Shown piece by piece: positions 29,451 to 39,737 of a stretch of 64,000 nucleotides of DNA (the first letter of the stretch is position 1; each line of letters starts with the position of its first letter). Location: sequence record NC_041972.1. One strand, 5' to 3'. The position numbers and the translations under genes were made by a program. The notes under the pieces are model-generated. The model was not told where the DNA came from and searched no databases. It saw only the letters and a list, made by a program, of their open reading frames with translations.

Positions 29451-31646
29451 ATGATCCTCTATGCGAACGATTGGATTAAATACCAAACCCAACCGCATGT
29501 GCATTATGAAACCCGTAACGATTCCTTTCGTCAGATGGCATCCAAGTATCATGAGATGGGTGTTAAGAACTGTCTGTTCCATCTGTCGTTGTTCAACCGC
29601 ACATTGATCGGGGTAGATCCACACAGCCCGAACTTAACGCCTGAACAGAAAGCGGCTATCGCGATCGAGTGCACGCAGAACTTTTGGTATTTTATCCGTG
29701 AGGTTATACGCATACCCGTAAAAGGGGTAGAAGGCGGTATCAGTTATATCGCCAACCGCGGTAACCTTGCGCTCTCCTGGCTCTACCTGTGTCACATCGA
29801 CACCTTCTTAATTCAGCCACGTCAGACCGGTAAGTCGGTCTCGACGGACTGTGTGATGTTGTGGTTGATCTATTTCGGTTCTTTGAAGAACACCTACTCG
29901 CTGATCACCAAAGGCGACTTGCGTGCAGAGAACATCAAGCGTATCAAAAGCATGCGTGACATGCTGCCGCCGTATCTGATTGTACGGGACAAGAAAGACC
30001 CGGATAACTCAGAGTGGATCGGGTATGCCAAACTCGGGAACGTTTACAAAGCGGCGATTGCCCAGGGTAACGAGACCGCAGCCAACAACCTCGGTCGTGG
30101 TATTACCACCGCCACCATCCACATCGATGAAGGCCCGTTCCTTTCGTTTATCGACATCACGGTTCCGGCGGCACTGAACGCCACAACCAACGCCCGTCGT
30201 TACGCTGAAATGAACGGTACACCTCACGGCAACATCTTTACTACAACGGCCGGTCGACGCGACTCCCGTGAAGGTAAATACTTCTACGGCATTCTGCAGA
30301 AAGCGGCCACCTGGTCAGAGATCTACCTGGACTGTGTTGACTTTAATGAACTGTCTGAGCTCATCATGAGTAACAGCGGGTCGGCAGCACCGGCAGTGAA
30401 CATCACCATGTCACACCGACAGCTGGGATACACTGACGAATGGTTGCGTAAAGTTATTGCCCAGAACCAGAACACCAAAGACTCCGCGGAACGTGACTAT
30501 CTGAACCGTTGGACGTCAGGTAACTTGACTTCGCCTTTATCCATCGCACTCAACGAAAAGGTTACGGCCTCGATGCGTGAAGTGGTATGGGAGGAGATCA
30601 CCCGTCAGAAGTTCATTATCCGTTGGTATATTTCCAAGCGTGATGTGGAGGCGAACAAAACGCTGACGCACTATGTCATTGGGATGGATACCTCCGATGC
30701 CACCACCACCGGCGATGGGATCACTGTGGTGATTCGTGATATCCGCGATATGGGTGTGGTCGGTGTCATGAACTTTCGTAACACTAACCTGGTTCCGGTA
30801 TCCCAGATGGTGGCTGAACTGTTGATCACGCATGTCAACTCCACCTTGGTTATCGAACGTAACCGTGCACAAGGTCTGATCGATCACCTGTTGATCGAAC
30901 TGCCGAAACGGGGCATTGATCCCTTCAAGCGTATCTACAACACGCTGGTCAATGACCAAACAGTGCGCCGGGCTGAGTTCATGGAACTTACCCAAACCAA
31001 TCTCGGTCAGCGTACACAAGAGTTCTACGATTCCAAACGTACCTGCTTTGGTTTCTGGACAGGGGCACAAACCCGTTCGTTACTGTACGGTACGGTTCTG
31101 CAAGAGTCCGCTAAACAAACCGGTTACCTGGTGCGTGATGCCGAACTCATCAGTCAGATCACCGGCCTGGTTGCGAAGAACTCGCGTGTCGATCATAAGT
31201 CAAACTCCCACGATGACCTCGTGATTGCCTGGCTTCTGACCTACTGGTTTATCACCGAAGCCCGACACCATGATTTCTACGGTATCAACACCGGACAAGT
31301 CATGTCGGTTAAAGAGCGTACCCAAACCTTCAGTCCGCAAGAAGAGGCGTGGTTGGATCAACAGGAACGCTATCGTGAAGAGTTGGCCGAAATTATGGAA
31401 CAACTCAAATCAACCTCAAACCCAATGCTACTTGCTCGTCTTGAGAAGAAACTTGTGTTTGTGAAATCGAAGATCGTCGCCACCGACGAAGCTGCCGTGA
31501 CGGTCGATCAGTTATTGCAAGAAGCGAAAGAAGCGCGTGCACTGAAGGCGCGTACTGAACGTGTCAATAATTCACCGCTCCGTCGCAACATGGGTTACCG
31601 GCCACCAAGTGCGCGTCGTGCGTACGCTGGCGCTGGATTCTTCTAA
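29451..31646 (+). CDS. terL: Terminase large subunit
   Basis: Walker A QPRQTGKS, Walker B IHIDEG, nuclease IGMDTS and HDDLVIA motifs. Start could be 29442. Confidence 0.95.
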   Translation: MILYANDWIKYQTQPHVHYETRNDSFRQMASKYHEMGVKNCLFHLSLFNRTLIGVDPHSPNLTPEQKAAIAIECTQNFWYFIREVIRIPVKGVEGGISYIANRGNLALSWLYLCHIDTFLIQPRQTGKSVSTDCVMLWLIYFGSLKNTYSLITKGDLRAENIKRIKSMRDMLPPYLIVRDKKDPDNSEWIGYAKLGNVYKAAIAQGNETAANNLGRGITTATIHIDEGPFLSFIDITVPAALNATTNARRYAEMNGTPHGNIFTTTAGRRDSREGKYFYGILQKAATWSEIYLDCVDFNELSELIMSNSGSAAPAVNITMSHRQLGYTDEWLRKVIAQNQNTKDSAERDYLNRWTSGNLTSPLSIALNEKVTASMREVVWEEITRQKFIIRWYISKRDVEANKTLTHYVIGMDTSDATTTGDGITVVIRDIRDMGVVGVMNFRNTNLVPVSQMVAELLITHVNSTLVIERNRAQGLIDHLLIELPKRGIDPFKRIYNTLVNDQTVRRAEFMELTQTNLGQRTQEFYDSKRTCFGFWTGAQTRSLLYGTVLQESAKQTGYLVRDAELISQITGLVAKNSRVDHKSNSHDDLVIAWLLTYWFITEARHHDFYGINTGQVMSVKERTQTFSPQEEAWLDQQERYREELAEIMEQLKSTSNPMLLARLEKKLVFVKSKIVATDEAAVTVDQLLQEAKEARALKARTERVNNSPLRRNMGYRPPSARRAYAGAGFF

Positions 31647-31690
31647 CCCGCTTGTACATTGTGACATAGTTCACTAACTATATAAGGGCT

Positions 31691-32023
31691 ATGTCACAAT
31701 CCAATCGCGAGGTAATCATGGTGGACCCGAAAGAGCTAGAAGTCCTGATGGGTTTAATCCGGCAATTAGAGCACTCGCCTTTGCCGCAGAACCCATCCAA
31801 CATTTTGCAAGAAGGGATGTCCGAACTGGGCGATCGAATCATTAATAAGATCCGTCGTCACGTTACCGGTCCTTATGGTTATACCAATGCAGATTTTGTC
31901 AGTGTAATGCAGGCACACGGTTACAGTGTGTTGCCGCTACTGCAAGATCTGGTTTGCCCGACTTTATATGGACTACCCACCACCAAAGGGATGATTCAGG
32001 TTAAGCCGATGCATATGCACTAA
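31691..32023 (+). CDS. Hypothetical protein, 110 aa
   Basis: ORF with AAGGG SD. Confidence 0.7.
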   Translation: MSQSNREVIMVDPKELEVLMGLIRQLEHSPLPQNPSNILQEGMSELGDRIINKIRRHVTGPYGYTNADFVSVMQAHGYSVLPLLQDLVCPTLYGLPTTKGMIQVKPMHMH

Positions 32024-32036
32024 CCTGAACTTGATC

Positions 32037-32074
32037 AGCATAAGGAGAGGGCGTTTGCCCTCTCCTCTATGCCG
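32037..32074. terminator. Bidirectional terminator
   Basis: AGGAGAGGGC-GTTT-GCCCTCTCCT flanked by CAGCATA and CTATGCCG, between convergent genes. Confidence 0.8.
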
Positions 32075-32100
32075 ATTAAAAATCGAGTCGTGCTGATCAG

Positions 32101-32541
32101 TTACTCTGCCGGTGCCGGCTGAGGGGCTGGATCATTTGGTGCATCTACAGGCGGTTCGCCGGCAGGCTGTGGTTGTGGATCTGGTTTAGGATCAGAACCC
32201 GGAACCGTAGGCGGTGGATTACTTTCAGTACCCGCGCCCAGCTCACCTTCTTCGTGTGCTTCTTCTTTTGCCTGCAGCAGCTGCAAACCTTCAATACCGT
32301 TGGAGAGTTTGGCAATCAAGGTATCAATACCTTCCATACCGGAACCAACTGTAAAGATGTCAGGGTACTTGGCAGCCATGCCAGATTGAATCAGGTTACC
32401 GGTAGGGTAATCCATAGACTCTAAGCCGGCATTGACGAAGCCTGTCTTGTATTGACACAGCGCATCCAGGTCGGCCTTGAGTTCTTCAATCCCTGCACCG
32501 ATATCAATCGGCTTACCCGACTTGGTCGTTAGGATAGTCAT
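32101..32541 (-). CDS. Head-protein paralog consisting mostly of propeptide, with Pro-rich tail
   Basis: N-terminal 80 aa align with the neighbouring ORF; contains GIE, GLE, GME, GIE and GTE motifs. Confidence 0.75.
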   Translation of the reverse strand: MTILTTKSGKPIDIGAGIEELKADLDALCQYKTGFVNAGLESMDYPTGNLIQSGMAAKYPDIFTVGSGMEGIDTLIAKLSNGIEGLQLLQAKEEAHEEGELGAGTESNPPPTVPGSDPKPDPQPQPAGEPPVDAPNDPAPQPAPAE

Positions 32542-32603
32542 GTTTAAACCTCTCTATTATAAAAAAGGAGGGCCAAAGCCCACCACATATATATTAGCCA
32601 CTT

Positions 32604-33569
32604 TTACTTAATAGAGGCTAAGATAACTGCTTCGAGTGCTTTTGCAACCGAGAGCAGGTTCTTAGCTGCTTCTTCTGCAATGTCCGATACCGGGAACGTC
32701 AACATTTCCCAGTGAGTGCGGTCGTACAGCGCGTCTGACAGATCTTCACTGACGATACCATCATAGTCGCCGATATCACTCAGACCACAGTTGATGCGCA
32801 GATCTTCAGCAACCTCTTCCATCTGGTTGCCATGGTCAAACAGATCGAGAATCAGCAGACCGGCTTTCGTTAAGTTTTCTTTGCTTAGCGCAAAGATCTT
32901 ATCGTTGTCGCCTTCCAGCTTATACGTTGGGAGTGTGCGGTTGATTGACTTACCCGGCCTTTCAGGCAGGGCTTTGACCAGGTCAGCTTTCACCGCAGAC
33001 GCTGTTTCTTCAGTGGCGCTTTTGGCTTTGGCAATGAAAGGTTTAACTTTCGCCCAGTAATCCTTGGTTTCTTTTGCGCTGGCATTGACCGCGTCTTTGT
33101 TGAACTTAACGAGATCATTGATCTTTGCAACAATCTCATCGTAGTCTTTCGCGCCGCCGATCAGTTTAACAATAGGGGCGATAGACACACTGCCTTTGGC
33201 GCCGGTTTGTGCTTCTGCCCATTTTGGGTCAGCGTAGGTTTTCTTCACCTCGTTGATCACCGCCATGGTTTGCTTTTCAATAACCGGCTTGGCTTTGCCG
33301 CGCGCTAGCTTCTTCAGACCAGCAATGCCTTTTTTCAGGCTTTCGATCAAACTACCGATACCTTCAATACCGCTGCCAAGCTGAAAGGCCTGTGGGTATT
33401 TAGCCGCCATACCAGACTGGATCAGCAATCCGGTTGGGTTATCCATCGACTCCATACCCGCATTAACAAAACCATGACGGTATTGCTCTAACATCTTGAC
33501 ATCTGCCTGCAGTTCTTCCATGCCGGCGCGCAGAAGATGAAGTTTAATAAATGAATCAGTAATAAGCAT
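32604..33569 (-). CDS. Internal head protein (processed-propeptide paralog family)
   Basis: N-terminal AGMEE, AGMES and SGIEG putative maturation sites; 321 aa. Confidence 0.7.
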   Translation of the reverse strand: MLITDSFIKLHLLRAGMEELQADVKMLEQYRHGFVNAGMESMDNPTGLLIQSGMAAKYPQAFQLGSGIEGIGSLIESLKKGIAGLKKLARGKAKPVIEKQTMAVINEVKKTYADPKWAEAQTGAKGSVSIAPIVKLIGGAKDYDEIVAKINDLVKFNKDAVNASAKETKDYWAKVKPFIAKAKSATEETASAVKADLVKALPERPGKSINRTLPTYKLEGDNDKIFALSKENLTKAGLLILDLFDHGNQMEEVAEDLRINCGLSDIGDYDGIVSEDLSDALYDRTHWEMLTFPVSDIAEEAAKNLLSVAKALEAVILASIK

Positions 33570-33578
33570 GATTAACCT

Positions 33579-34928
33579 TTACGAAGTATAATGTTGCATG
33601 GAGAGCGCACGGATAATAACATACAGGAACACCCCAACGCGCACCGTGGCGATTGTTGCAGGGGCTTTAATGCCAGTGGCGATCTTCACCAGTTCATCTC
33701 CTGCTTCACGCATCTTCAGTACCGATGCATTGGAGGTTCGACTGGAGCGATAGGCACCGCGCATTTTGGACACCACATCCGGGAAGTCATTCAGACGCAG
33801 GTTCTTCTGGCTGATGTACTCAAACAGATGCTGGATGGTTTCTGACAGCAGCTCGTCAATTACCCCGTCTTTATCATAGCGGTAGTTCTGCGAGATAAAC
33901 TTCAGGGTATCCGAGAGCGGTTTCTCGGGGATCGTGTTGTTGGAGCGCACCACCATCTCCAGGAGCTCAGGACGATACCAGTCTGACTCAACCCCGACGA
34001 TGTTCTTGATGTAGCGCACATACTTGGTGACGGTCTTCTCGACATCACGGATATGTTTGACCCCATCGAGTTCGACGGTGTTCTTGCCTTCTACCACTAA
34101 CGCTTCTTTGAGCTTCACGGTGTGAAAGACGTTGTTGATTGAGTTGACCACATCGCGCAGACGGTCCTGCACATCCCCCACCATATATACCACGGCTTTA
34201 TCATCTACCATGCGCACATAGGTTTCGTAGTGAATACCGGTTCCTTTGGTGATGATGGATTTCGAACGGGCATCGATCAGTGCACCCCAGGAGCCGTAGA
34301 CCTTTAAGTCAAACTTCTTCGAGAGTTGCTTATAGGTTTCCATGGCCACGGACTTGTTAGCCGGGTAGGGGTAATCGTGGTTCAGAATAGATGACAGGTT
34401 TTTGTAGTGGAAGATGCGCACCACATTCATCTTCGACTCTTCGATCTCAGCAGGCGATAACCCAACCGCCTCGTTGTGCAGGATGTGTAACAGGTACGGC
34501 ATGCACTGGTTAAACATGTCACCGGTGACGTGGAACTTCGGGTTGACGAATTGGGTGCCGTGAACATCGGCAGTCAGATCCACTTCATCACAATCCATGA
34601 TCGTATCAAACCACTCGTTACGATCTGACACGGTAAACTTGATCGGGTAGACCCCAATCAGGTTCGAACCAAAGAAGTCGATATGGTCCTGATTCTTGGT
34701 ACGAAACCGACTGGCGTATTTGGCCAGGTTCAGGGCTAAGGCTTTATCGGCAACGAGCGTGGGGCAGTTCTTTTTGAATGCCTCTTTGATCGTCATGCCA
34801 TTACCGGGACCAAATCCTAAGGCTTCCAAGCCTGCGGCTACATGAGCATAGCCCCGACTGTAATCGATTTCATCCTGGATCAGCCGGTTGTCAAACGGGA
34901 AGAACCCGGTCAAGAGGCTAGCTAACAT
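33579..34928 (-). CDS. Putative virion head protein, 449 aa
   Basis: AAGLEA putative cleavage site at about aa 32-36; co-oriented with the head paralogs. Confidence 0.6.
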   Translation of the reverse strand: MLASLLTGFFPFDNRLIQDEIDYSRGYAHVAAGLEALGFGPGNGMTIKEAFKKNCPTLVADKALALNLAKYASRFRTKNQDHIDFFGSNLIGVYPIKFTVSDRNEWFDTIMDCDEVDLTADVHGTQFVNPKFHVTGDMFNQCMPYLLHILHNEAVGLSPAEIEESKMNVVRIFHYKNLSSILNHDYPYPANKSVAMETYKQLSKKFDLKVYGSWGALIDARSKSIITKGTGIHYETYVRMVDDKAVVYMVGDVQDRLRDVVNSINNVFHTVKLKEALVVEGKNTVELDGVKHIRDVEKTVTKYVRYIKNIVGVESDWYRPELLEMVVRSNNTIPEKPLSDTLKFISQNYRYDKDGVIDELLSETIQHLFEYISQKNLRLNDFPDVVSKMRGAYRSSRTSNASVLKMREAGDELVKIATGIKAPATIATVRVGVFLYVIIRALSMQHYTS

Positions 34929-34961
34929 AATGGTTCCTTAATATTGAAGATATTGTCAAAC

Positions 34962-34970
34962 CTATATTAT
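34962..34970 (+). promoter_or_regulatory. Early-promoter-like motif CTATATTAT
   Basis: Variant of the recurring motif, upstream of an accessory operon. Confidence 0.55.
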
Positions 34971-35008
34971 CCATCTGGTAGAACATTAACTAATCAAGGA
35001 CATTGGTC

Positions 35009-35866
35009 ATGAAAGTATTAACCTTAAGTGAATTCGCTGAATTCCTGAACACCACATCGGGCACCGAGCAGCTGCAGTTTGCTGTCATTCCCGGACAAGT
35101 CATGACGGGTGATAACAACATCACCATCTTTGCCAAACGTGAACAGGGGGTGAACTACCTGCTCGAACACACTTACAGCAAACCGGTAAATGTGGTTGAG
35201 ATCACCGACCCGAGAGTCAGTGCAGTTATTACCGCAGCTTGTCAGGATGACGAGGCGGATTGTGTACTGGCGTTCAACATGAAGTTCGACAGTATTGCTG
35301 AACTCATCCCGGCGCATGAACTGTCAGTAAAAGAATCGATCAGCGTGTTCGCCAGTAAGTTAGTTGAGAAGCTGGCGGTAACAACCCCGGTGGTTTGCTG
35401 TGCAATTGACACCACCACACTCGTGCCACGTAATGGGCTCGACTTGGTGCTCAGTGCGGCACACTGCATAAACCTCTCATTGATCGCGTATCAGTGGGAG
35501 GGGGAAACCGTCGTTGTCATTGGAAAAGGCTTTAAGGAAGAAGTGGTACTGGACCTGGTGCGTTTTGATGCCGAGAAGCGTCATGCGTTCTTCTCCGGGA
35601 TCGTGGCAGGGAAGCCCATCTATCAGCGCGTGGTCATCGATGAAGTGATGTTCAAAGGTGACCGGGCTTTCTTGAAGTGGGTCTCGTGCAATAACGTCGA
35701 TGCCAGTAAAGGCGGGTCATTGTGGTGGGTGCGTCACATGGGTGTCTCGTTACATGACGAGAGCAACAGCCTGACCTTGAAGAACCCGCACATCTCGATC
35801 CGCGGTCAGCTCGACAAAATCCCTGACGAATACGACTTCGTCAATAACCGTAACGTCATTCTTTAA
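35009..35866 (+). CDS. Hypothetical protein, 285 aa
   Basis: AAGGA SD; shares an NV.EITDPR motif with 36382..37641. Confidence 0.8.
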   Translation: MKVLTLSEFAEFLNTTSGTEQLQFAVIPGQVMTGDNNITIFAKREQGVNYLLEHTYSKPVNVVEITDPRVSAVITAACQDDEADCVLAFNMKFDSIAELIPAHELSVKESISVFASKLVEKLAVTTPVVCCAIDTTTLVPRNGLDLVLSAAHCINLSLIAYQWEGETVVVIGKGFKEEVVLDLVRFDAEKRHAFFSGIVAGKPIYQRVVIDEVMFKGDRAFLKWVSCNNVDASKGGSLWWVRHMGVSLHDESNSLTLKNPHISIRGQLDKIPDEYDFVNNRNVIL

Positions 35867-35875
35867 GAGGCAGTC

Positions 35876-36349
35876 ATGATTCCAACAAAAGCGCGTTTTG
35901 TAAAAGACATCACTGCGGTGCTCGAACACCACCAGGTCGAAGACACCACTGTGCGGGTCTTTGAAACACAAGCCGGTAAGCCTTTTCACGTGGCGATTGA
36001 AGCGGGTGTCTCGGGTGAGATCACGGACTATTTGGTGATCAACAACAACTACGCCAAAGAGATGGTTGTTGCCTGGTTGCGTAACACCTCGGTCAATGTC
36101 TGGCCATACAGCGAAATGGACTATTCGCAGGAAGGGGTCGTCAAAGCGATTATCAAAGTAGATGATCCAAGCTTTGGTGATCAGGATTACAAAGTCGCCC
36201 ATTATGTCCGTGCGGCTCTGCGCTCCGCCATCAAACATGGCGATAACGTCTGGTTGTCTACCCGAGCTGGCGCACTGCCAAGTGCCGGTACTGCATCGGG
36301 TACTATCGGGGCATCTGGCCCGGTCAGTCAAACCCGCGCTCCACTGTAA
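35876..36349 (+). CDS. Hypothetical protein, 157 aa
   Basis: GAGG SD. Confidence 0.8.
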   Translation: MIPTKARFVKDITAVLEHHQVEDTTVRVFETQAGKPFHVAIEAGVSGEITDYLVINNNYAKEMVVAWLRNTSVNVWPYSEMDYSQEGVVKAIIKVDDPSFGDQDYKVAHYVRAALRSAIKHGDNVWLSTRAGALPSAGTASGTIGASGPVSQTRAPL

Positions 36350-36381
36350 GTTCACCCATTAACCTTTAGTAAGGATTTATC

Positions 36382-37641
36382 ATGCAACAGTCAACTTCCC
36401 TCGGCGCTCTGCTGGACCACGCTTACCGTATGGGTGATATTCACCTGATCATTCGTGTGGGCGAACTCGCCACCACTGTCGTTATCCCACACCGTAAAGC
36501 ACGTCACGCCTGTATCGCGTTGCTGGAGTTCTTTGACCGCAATAAGGTACTGGTTCAGCGGGTGCTGGATCGCAGCGGGAATACCATCGACATCACGCTG
36601 GATGATTTCCAACATGAAGCCACCATCCCGGGTTATGATCGCGAGCACTACCTGAAGACCCTGACGCGTCGGGTGGAAGCCTTGGCTGCACCGGATGATG
36701 TTACTGAGCAGACAAACCAAAACGCAGGCATCTATAACCCACATGCTGGGTTTGAGAAAGCCGCGGCGAATGTTGCGCAGTTACTTACGTCAGAGCGGCG
36801 TTATGCGTTTGTCGATCACATCGGATCTGTGGTGGGTGACGGCATGGTCCTGGTGCGTCGTAGTGATCTGCCAAGTAATGTCCAGAACGTAACAGAAATC
36901 ACCGATCCACGCTGGCTCAGTATGTTGGTGGTGAACGAAGCTACTTTCGAGCGTCTACCGGCAGGGCGTGAAGTCTACGCCTATGCACAGGCGACACGGC
37001 TGGGTGATTTGATCAATCTGCTGGGTGAAGAAGGTTTCGCCATCGACGGGATCAGTTATCCGTGGGTGCATATCGTACGCAAAACGGATGTGGTGCGCGA
37101 TGCACGTTCAGTGGAGTGGGGTCAGGTTGCGGATGAACTGACTAACGCTGAAGGGCCAGTGGATATTCGGCAGGCATTAGGCTCTGGTTCATTGAACCCG
37201 TTCCTTCATGAGGATGGGAGTGTGCGCGGGTTACTGTTCTCCGGTCGGCCACAGGGTTACCCAGAGCAACCAGCAACACCTACTGAACCAGTCGTGACCA
37301 AGCTGGTCGAACACGGTATGACCCGTCAGTACGGGTCCGTGACTCCACCACGGACGGTAACCACCTCACCATTGGGTACACCGGCGAGTGTATCGAGTGA
37401 AGCGAAGTGGGCAGCAGCCATTGCTGCAGTAGTGGCAGAGGGTTATGAGTTCCGGGGTAGTAAGGAAGACATCAATCCTGAGTTGTTCAAGGTTGCCTCA
37501 ACGATGAGCTACTGGGCAGGATGCCAGGGTGGTGATACTCTCCAGAAACGAGATGAGGTTGTCTCTACACCGGAGCTGATGATGCTGCTGGCAGGTAAGC
37601 CTTCTGGCAGTACTGTTGATCACGAAGAGAATGACGAATAA
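36382..37641 (+). CDS. Hypothetical protein, 419 aa
   Basis: AAGGA SD. Confidence 0.8.
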   Translation: MQQSTSLGALLDHAYRMGDIHLIIRVGELATTVVIPHRKARHACIALLEFFDRNKVLVQRVLDRSGNTIDITLDDFQHEATIPGYDREHYLKTLTRRVEALAAPDDVTEQTNQNAGIYNPHAGFEKAAANVAQLLTSERRYAFVDHIGSVVGDGMVLVRRSDLPSNVQNVTEITDPRWLSMLVVNEATFERLPAGREVYAYAQATRLGDLINLLGEEGFAIDGISYPWVHIVRKTDVVRDARSVEWGQVADELTNAEGPVDIRQALGSGSLNPFLHEDGSVRGLLFSGRPQGYPEQPATPTEPVVTKLVEHGMTRQYGSVTPPRTVTTSPLGTPASVSSEAKWAAAIAAVVAEGYEFRGSKEDINPELFKVASTMSYWAGCQGGDTLQKRDEVVSTPELMMLLAGKPSGSTVDHEENDE

Positions 37642-37650
37642 GTAAAGCTA

Positions 37651-37690
37651 GGCAGGAGGGGGTAACCTCTCCTGCTCTTTATGCTTTTTT
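37651..37690 (+). terminator. Hairpin (GTAA loop) + TTTATGC + T-tract
   Basis: GGCAGGAGGGG-GTAA-CCTCTCCTGCT then CTTTATGCTTTTTT. Confidence 0.75.
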
Positions 37691-38155
37691 AATTTTTGTC
37701 AAATATAGTATTATGCAATTCTAGTAATTAACGACACGGTAAAGTATACTTATAAGGAGAACAGGCCAGCAATGGGGGAAACCTTTAAGGATGGGGGCTT
37801 ATGCTGATATATATTACAGACAGTATTAACAGTGATATATTGAGTATATCAGCATACCAGTAAGTAGCCTTATAGCTGTCAATAATCATTATCTATTATA
37901 ACCCAGAGAGAACACCCTCTTAGAACAAAGATATAATAGATAATCATTAACCTGTAATCGGATAAAAAAACCGCGAAATTGAAACCGGGAGGCTGAAGCC
38001 TCCCTTTATGCCTGTTTAGTGTATTCTAGTAATTCATGACTAGAGTGGCTAACAGTATGAAAGTATTTAAATCTTTCACCCGAGCTAAGGGTAACGTAGA
38101 GGTTTAGATATATGCTGATTAAATTTTAATTAAGATTAAGAGAAGGATCGTTATC

Positions 38156-38581
38156 ATGACAGATCTCAACAAAGACAACCTCATGAAACCCGGGGATGTG
38201 AAAGCCTTGTTTGCCAATAACGAGCATGTCAATCTCCCAACGTTAATCAGTGAAGTCCGTGGACTGTTTACCCTGTTGTGCAATGAACCCGAGAATGCTC
38301 GCTTCTTGTGGTTTCCAGATCATGCTTCAGTGCTCTCCTGGGTGGGGCAATTCAGTGTACAGTTGAAAGTCTATTTCAGCGGTGAGATTGAAGTGAGCAT
38401 CAATACCGAGCTGGGGGCGTCAGTGATTGGCCAGGAACGGGCGAATGCGTTGGTGTTTGTTGATCGTATCTTACCCCTTACGGGTTACTACGCCAACATC
38501 ACCCATTGGCCTGCAAAAGAGGGGCACGGTGAGATCATCCTGATCCAGTACTTACTGAAGGCGCCGTCCGCTGACGTGTAG
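38156..38581 (+). CDS. Hypothetical protein, 141 aa
   Basis: AAGGA SD. Confidence 0.8.
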   Translation: MTDLNKDNLMKPGDVKALFANNEHVNLPTLISEVRGLFTLLCNEPENARFLWFPDHASVLSWVGQFSVQLKVYFSGEIEVSINTELGASVIGQERANALVFVDRILPLTGYYANITHWPAKEGHGEIILIQYLLKAPSADV

Positions 38582-38595
38582 GGTTATAACTATGG

Positions 38596-38991
38596 GTGAT
38601 TCCGTCCTTGAGTCACACCACTCAACCTGCACACGGCCGAGACATACGCACTATGATAACACAACCCAATGTCAGATTAACCCCCGAGGACACGCAATAC
38701 CGAATCTACCTGGCAAATGACTTAGGTCTGGATTCCAGCCCAATGCTCCATCTGGAGTGGGAAAAAGGACGTAATGAGTATTTAATTGGAGACCTCATCC
38801 TGGCTCGCCAAGGTGATCATTTTCTCCTGTCGATCAAAAGCTGTCGTCGTAAAACTGTCATCGCTTCTGCCAAAGTTTTAGATAACGGCTCAGTGGGCAT
38901 TTATCTAAACCAGTGCTTTAGCAACATGGCCAACAAAGCAGAATTGGTGTTGAGTTTACGCGATGCTGTGACGCGATACCTCTACTGTTAG
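38596..38991 (+). CDS. Hypothetical protein (start 38596 or 38653)
   Basis: ORF filling the gap in a plus-strand operon. Confidence 0.7.
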   Translation: MIPSLSHTTQPAHGRDIRTMITQPNVRLTPEDTQYRIYLANDLGLDSSPMLHLEWEKGRNEYLIGDLILARQGDHFLLSIKSCRRKTVIASAKVLDNGSVGIYLNQCFSNMANKAELVLSLRDAVTRYLYC

Positions 38992-39146
38992 TCGTCGTAT
39001 ATCTTATGAAATAGACTCCTTCGCCCGCCTCCTTCTTCCTGAGGGTCGTGGGTTGAAGGGTCTATGCCGATCGATATGTAATCTAATAAATTTTGTATCT
39101 ATATTACGAATAGGTAATTGTTGGCCAACAACATGACAGCATTTTT

Positions 39147-39725
39147 ATGACTGTCTTATTAACCCCCGGAGTTGCTTCTATGATGAACGAAGATTTTGTC
39201 GGTACTGGTACGTATTACAAGACCGCTGTTGAACAACCAGCTGTACCGACCGTGCCAGTCAGTGATGCACAGATCGTCGAGTCAAGCACCAAGTTTGAAG
39301 CATGGTTAGCCTCCGTGGGTTGGCCGGCATGCAAACGCCCGCGCAGTTACCCGGCTGTGGTGACCTTCTATAAAGGGAAGGCATCCACCTTTACTGCCAT
39401 TGAGATCAATACCCGCACCCGCTACTACCTGGCGATCCAGCGCATGGCGGCAAACTATGCACACCTGGTCAAAGCCGAGCCGAACAAACGTCACCGGATC
39501 ATCTTGCGGGGTTCATTATTGACCAACCGTCTGGATGGTAATGTCGCGGTGGTGCTGGCTGATCAAGATGTCACTGACCTGGTCGTGGGTATCGCCTACA
39601 AAAAGGTCAGTGTCGTGTTTAATCCACAATCGTTTATCAACGCCGTAGAGGATATCGATAACAGCTTTCGCAATCAAAACAAATGGAGCTGGTCGATTGG
39701 CCTGGAGATTGTGACATCCCGTTAG
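39147..39725 (+). CDS. Hypothetical protein, 192 aa
   Basis: Downstream of a CTATATTAC motif at 39099. Confidence 0.75.
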   Translation: MTVLLTPGVASMMNEDFVGTGTYYKTAVEQPAVPTVPVSDAQIVESSTKFEAWLASVGWPACKRPRSYPAVVTFYKGKASTFTAIEINTRTRYYLAIQRMAANYAHLVKAEPNKRHRIILRGSLLTNRLDGNVAVVLADQDVTDLVVGIAYKKVSVVFNPQSFINAVEDIDNSFRNQNKWSWSIGLEIVTSR

Positions 39726-39737
39726 TAGGAATTGGTC

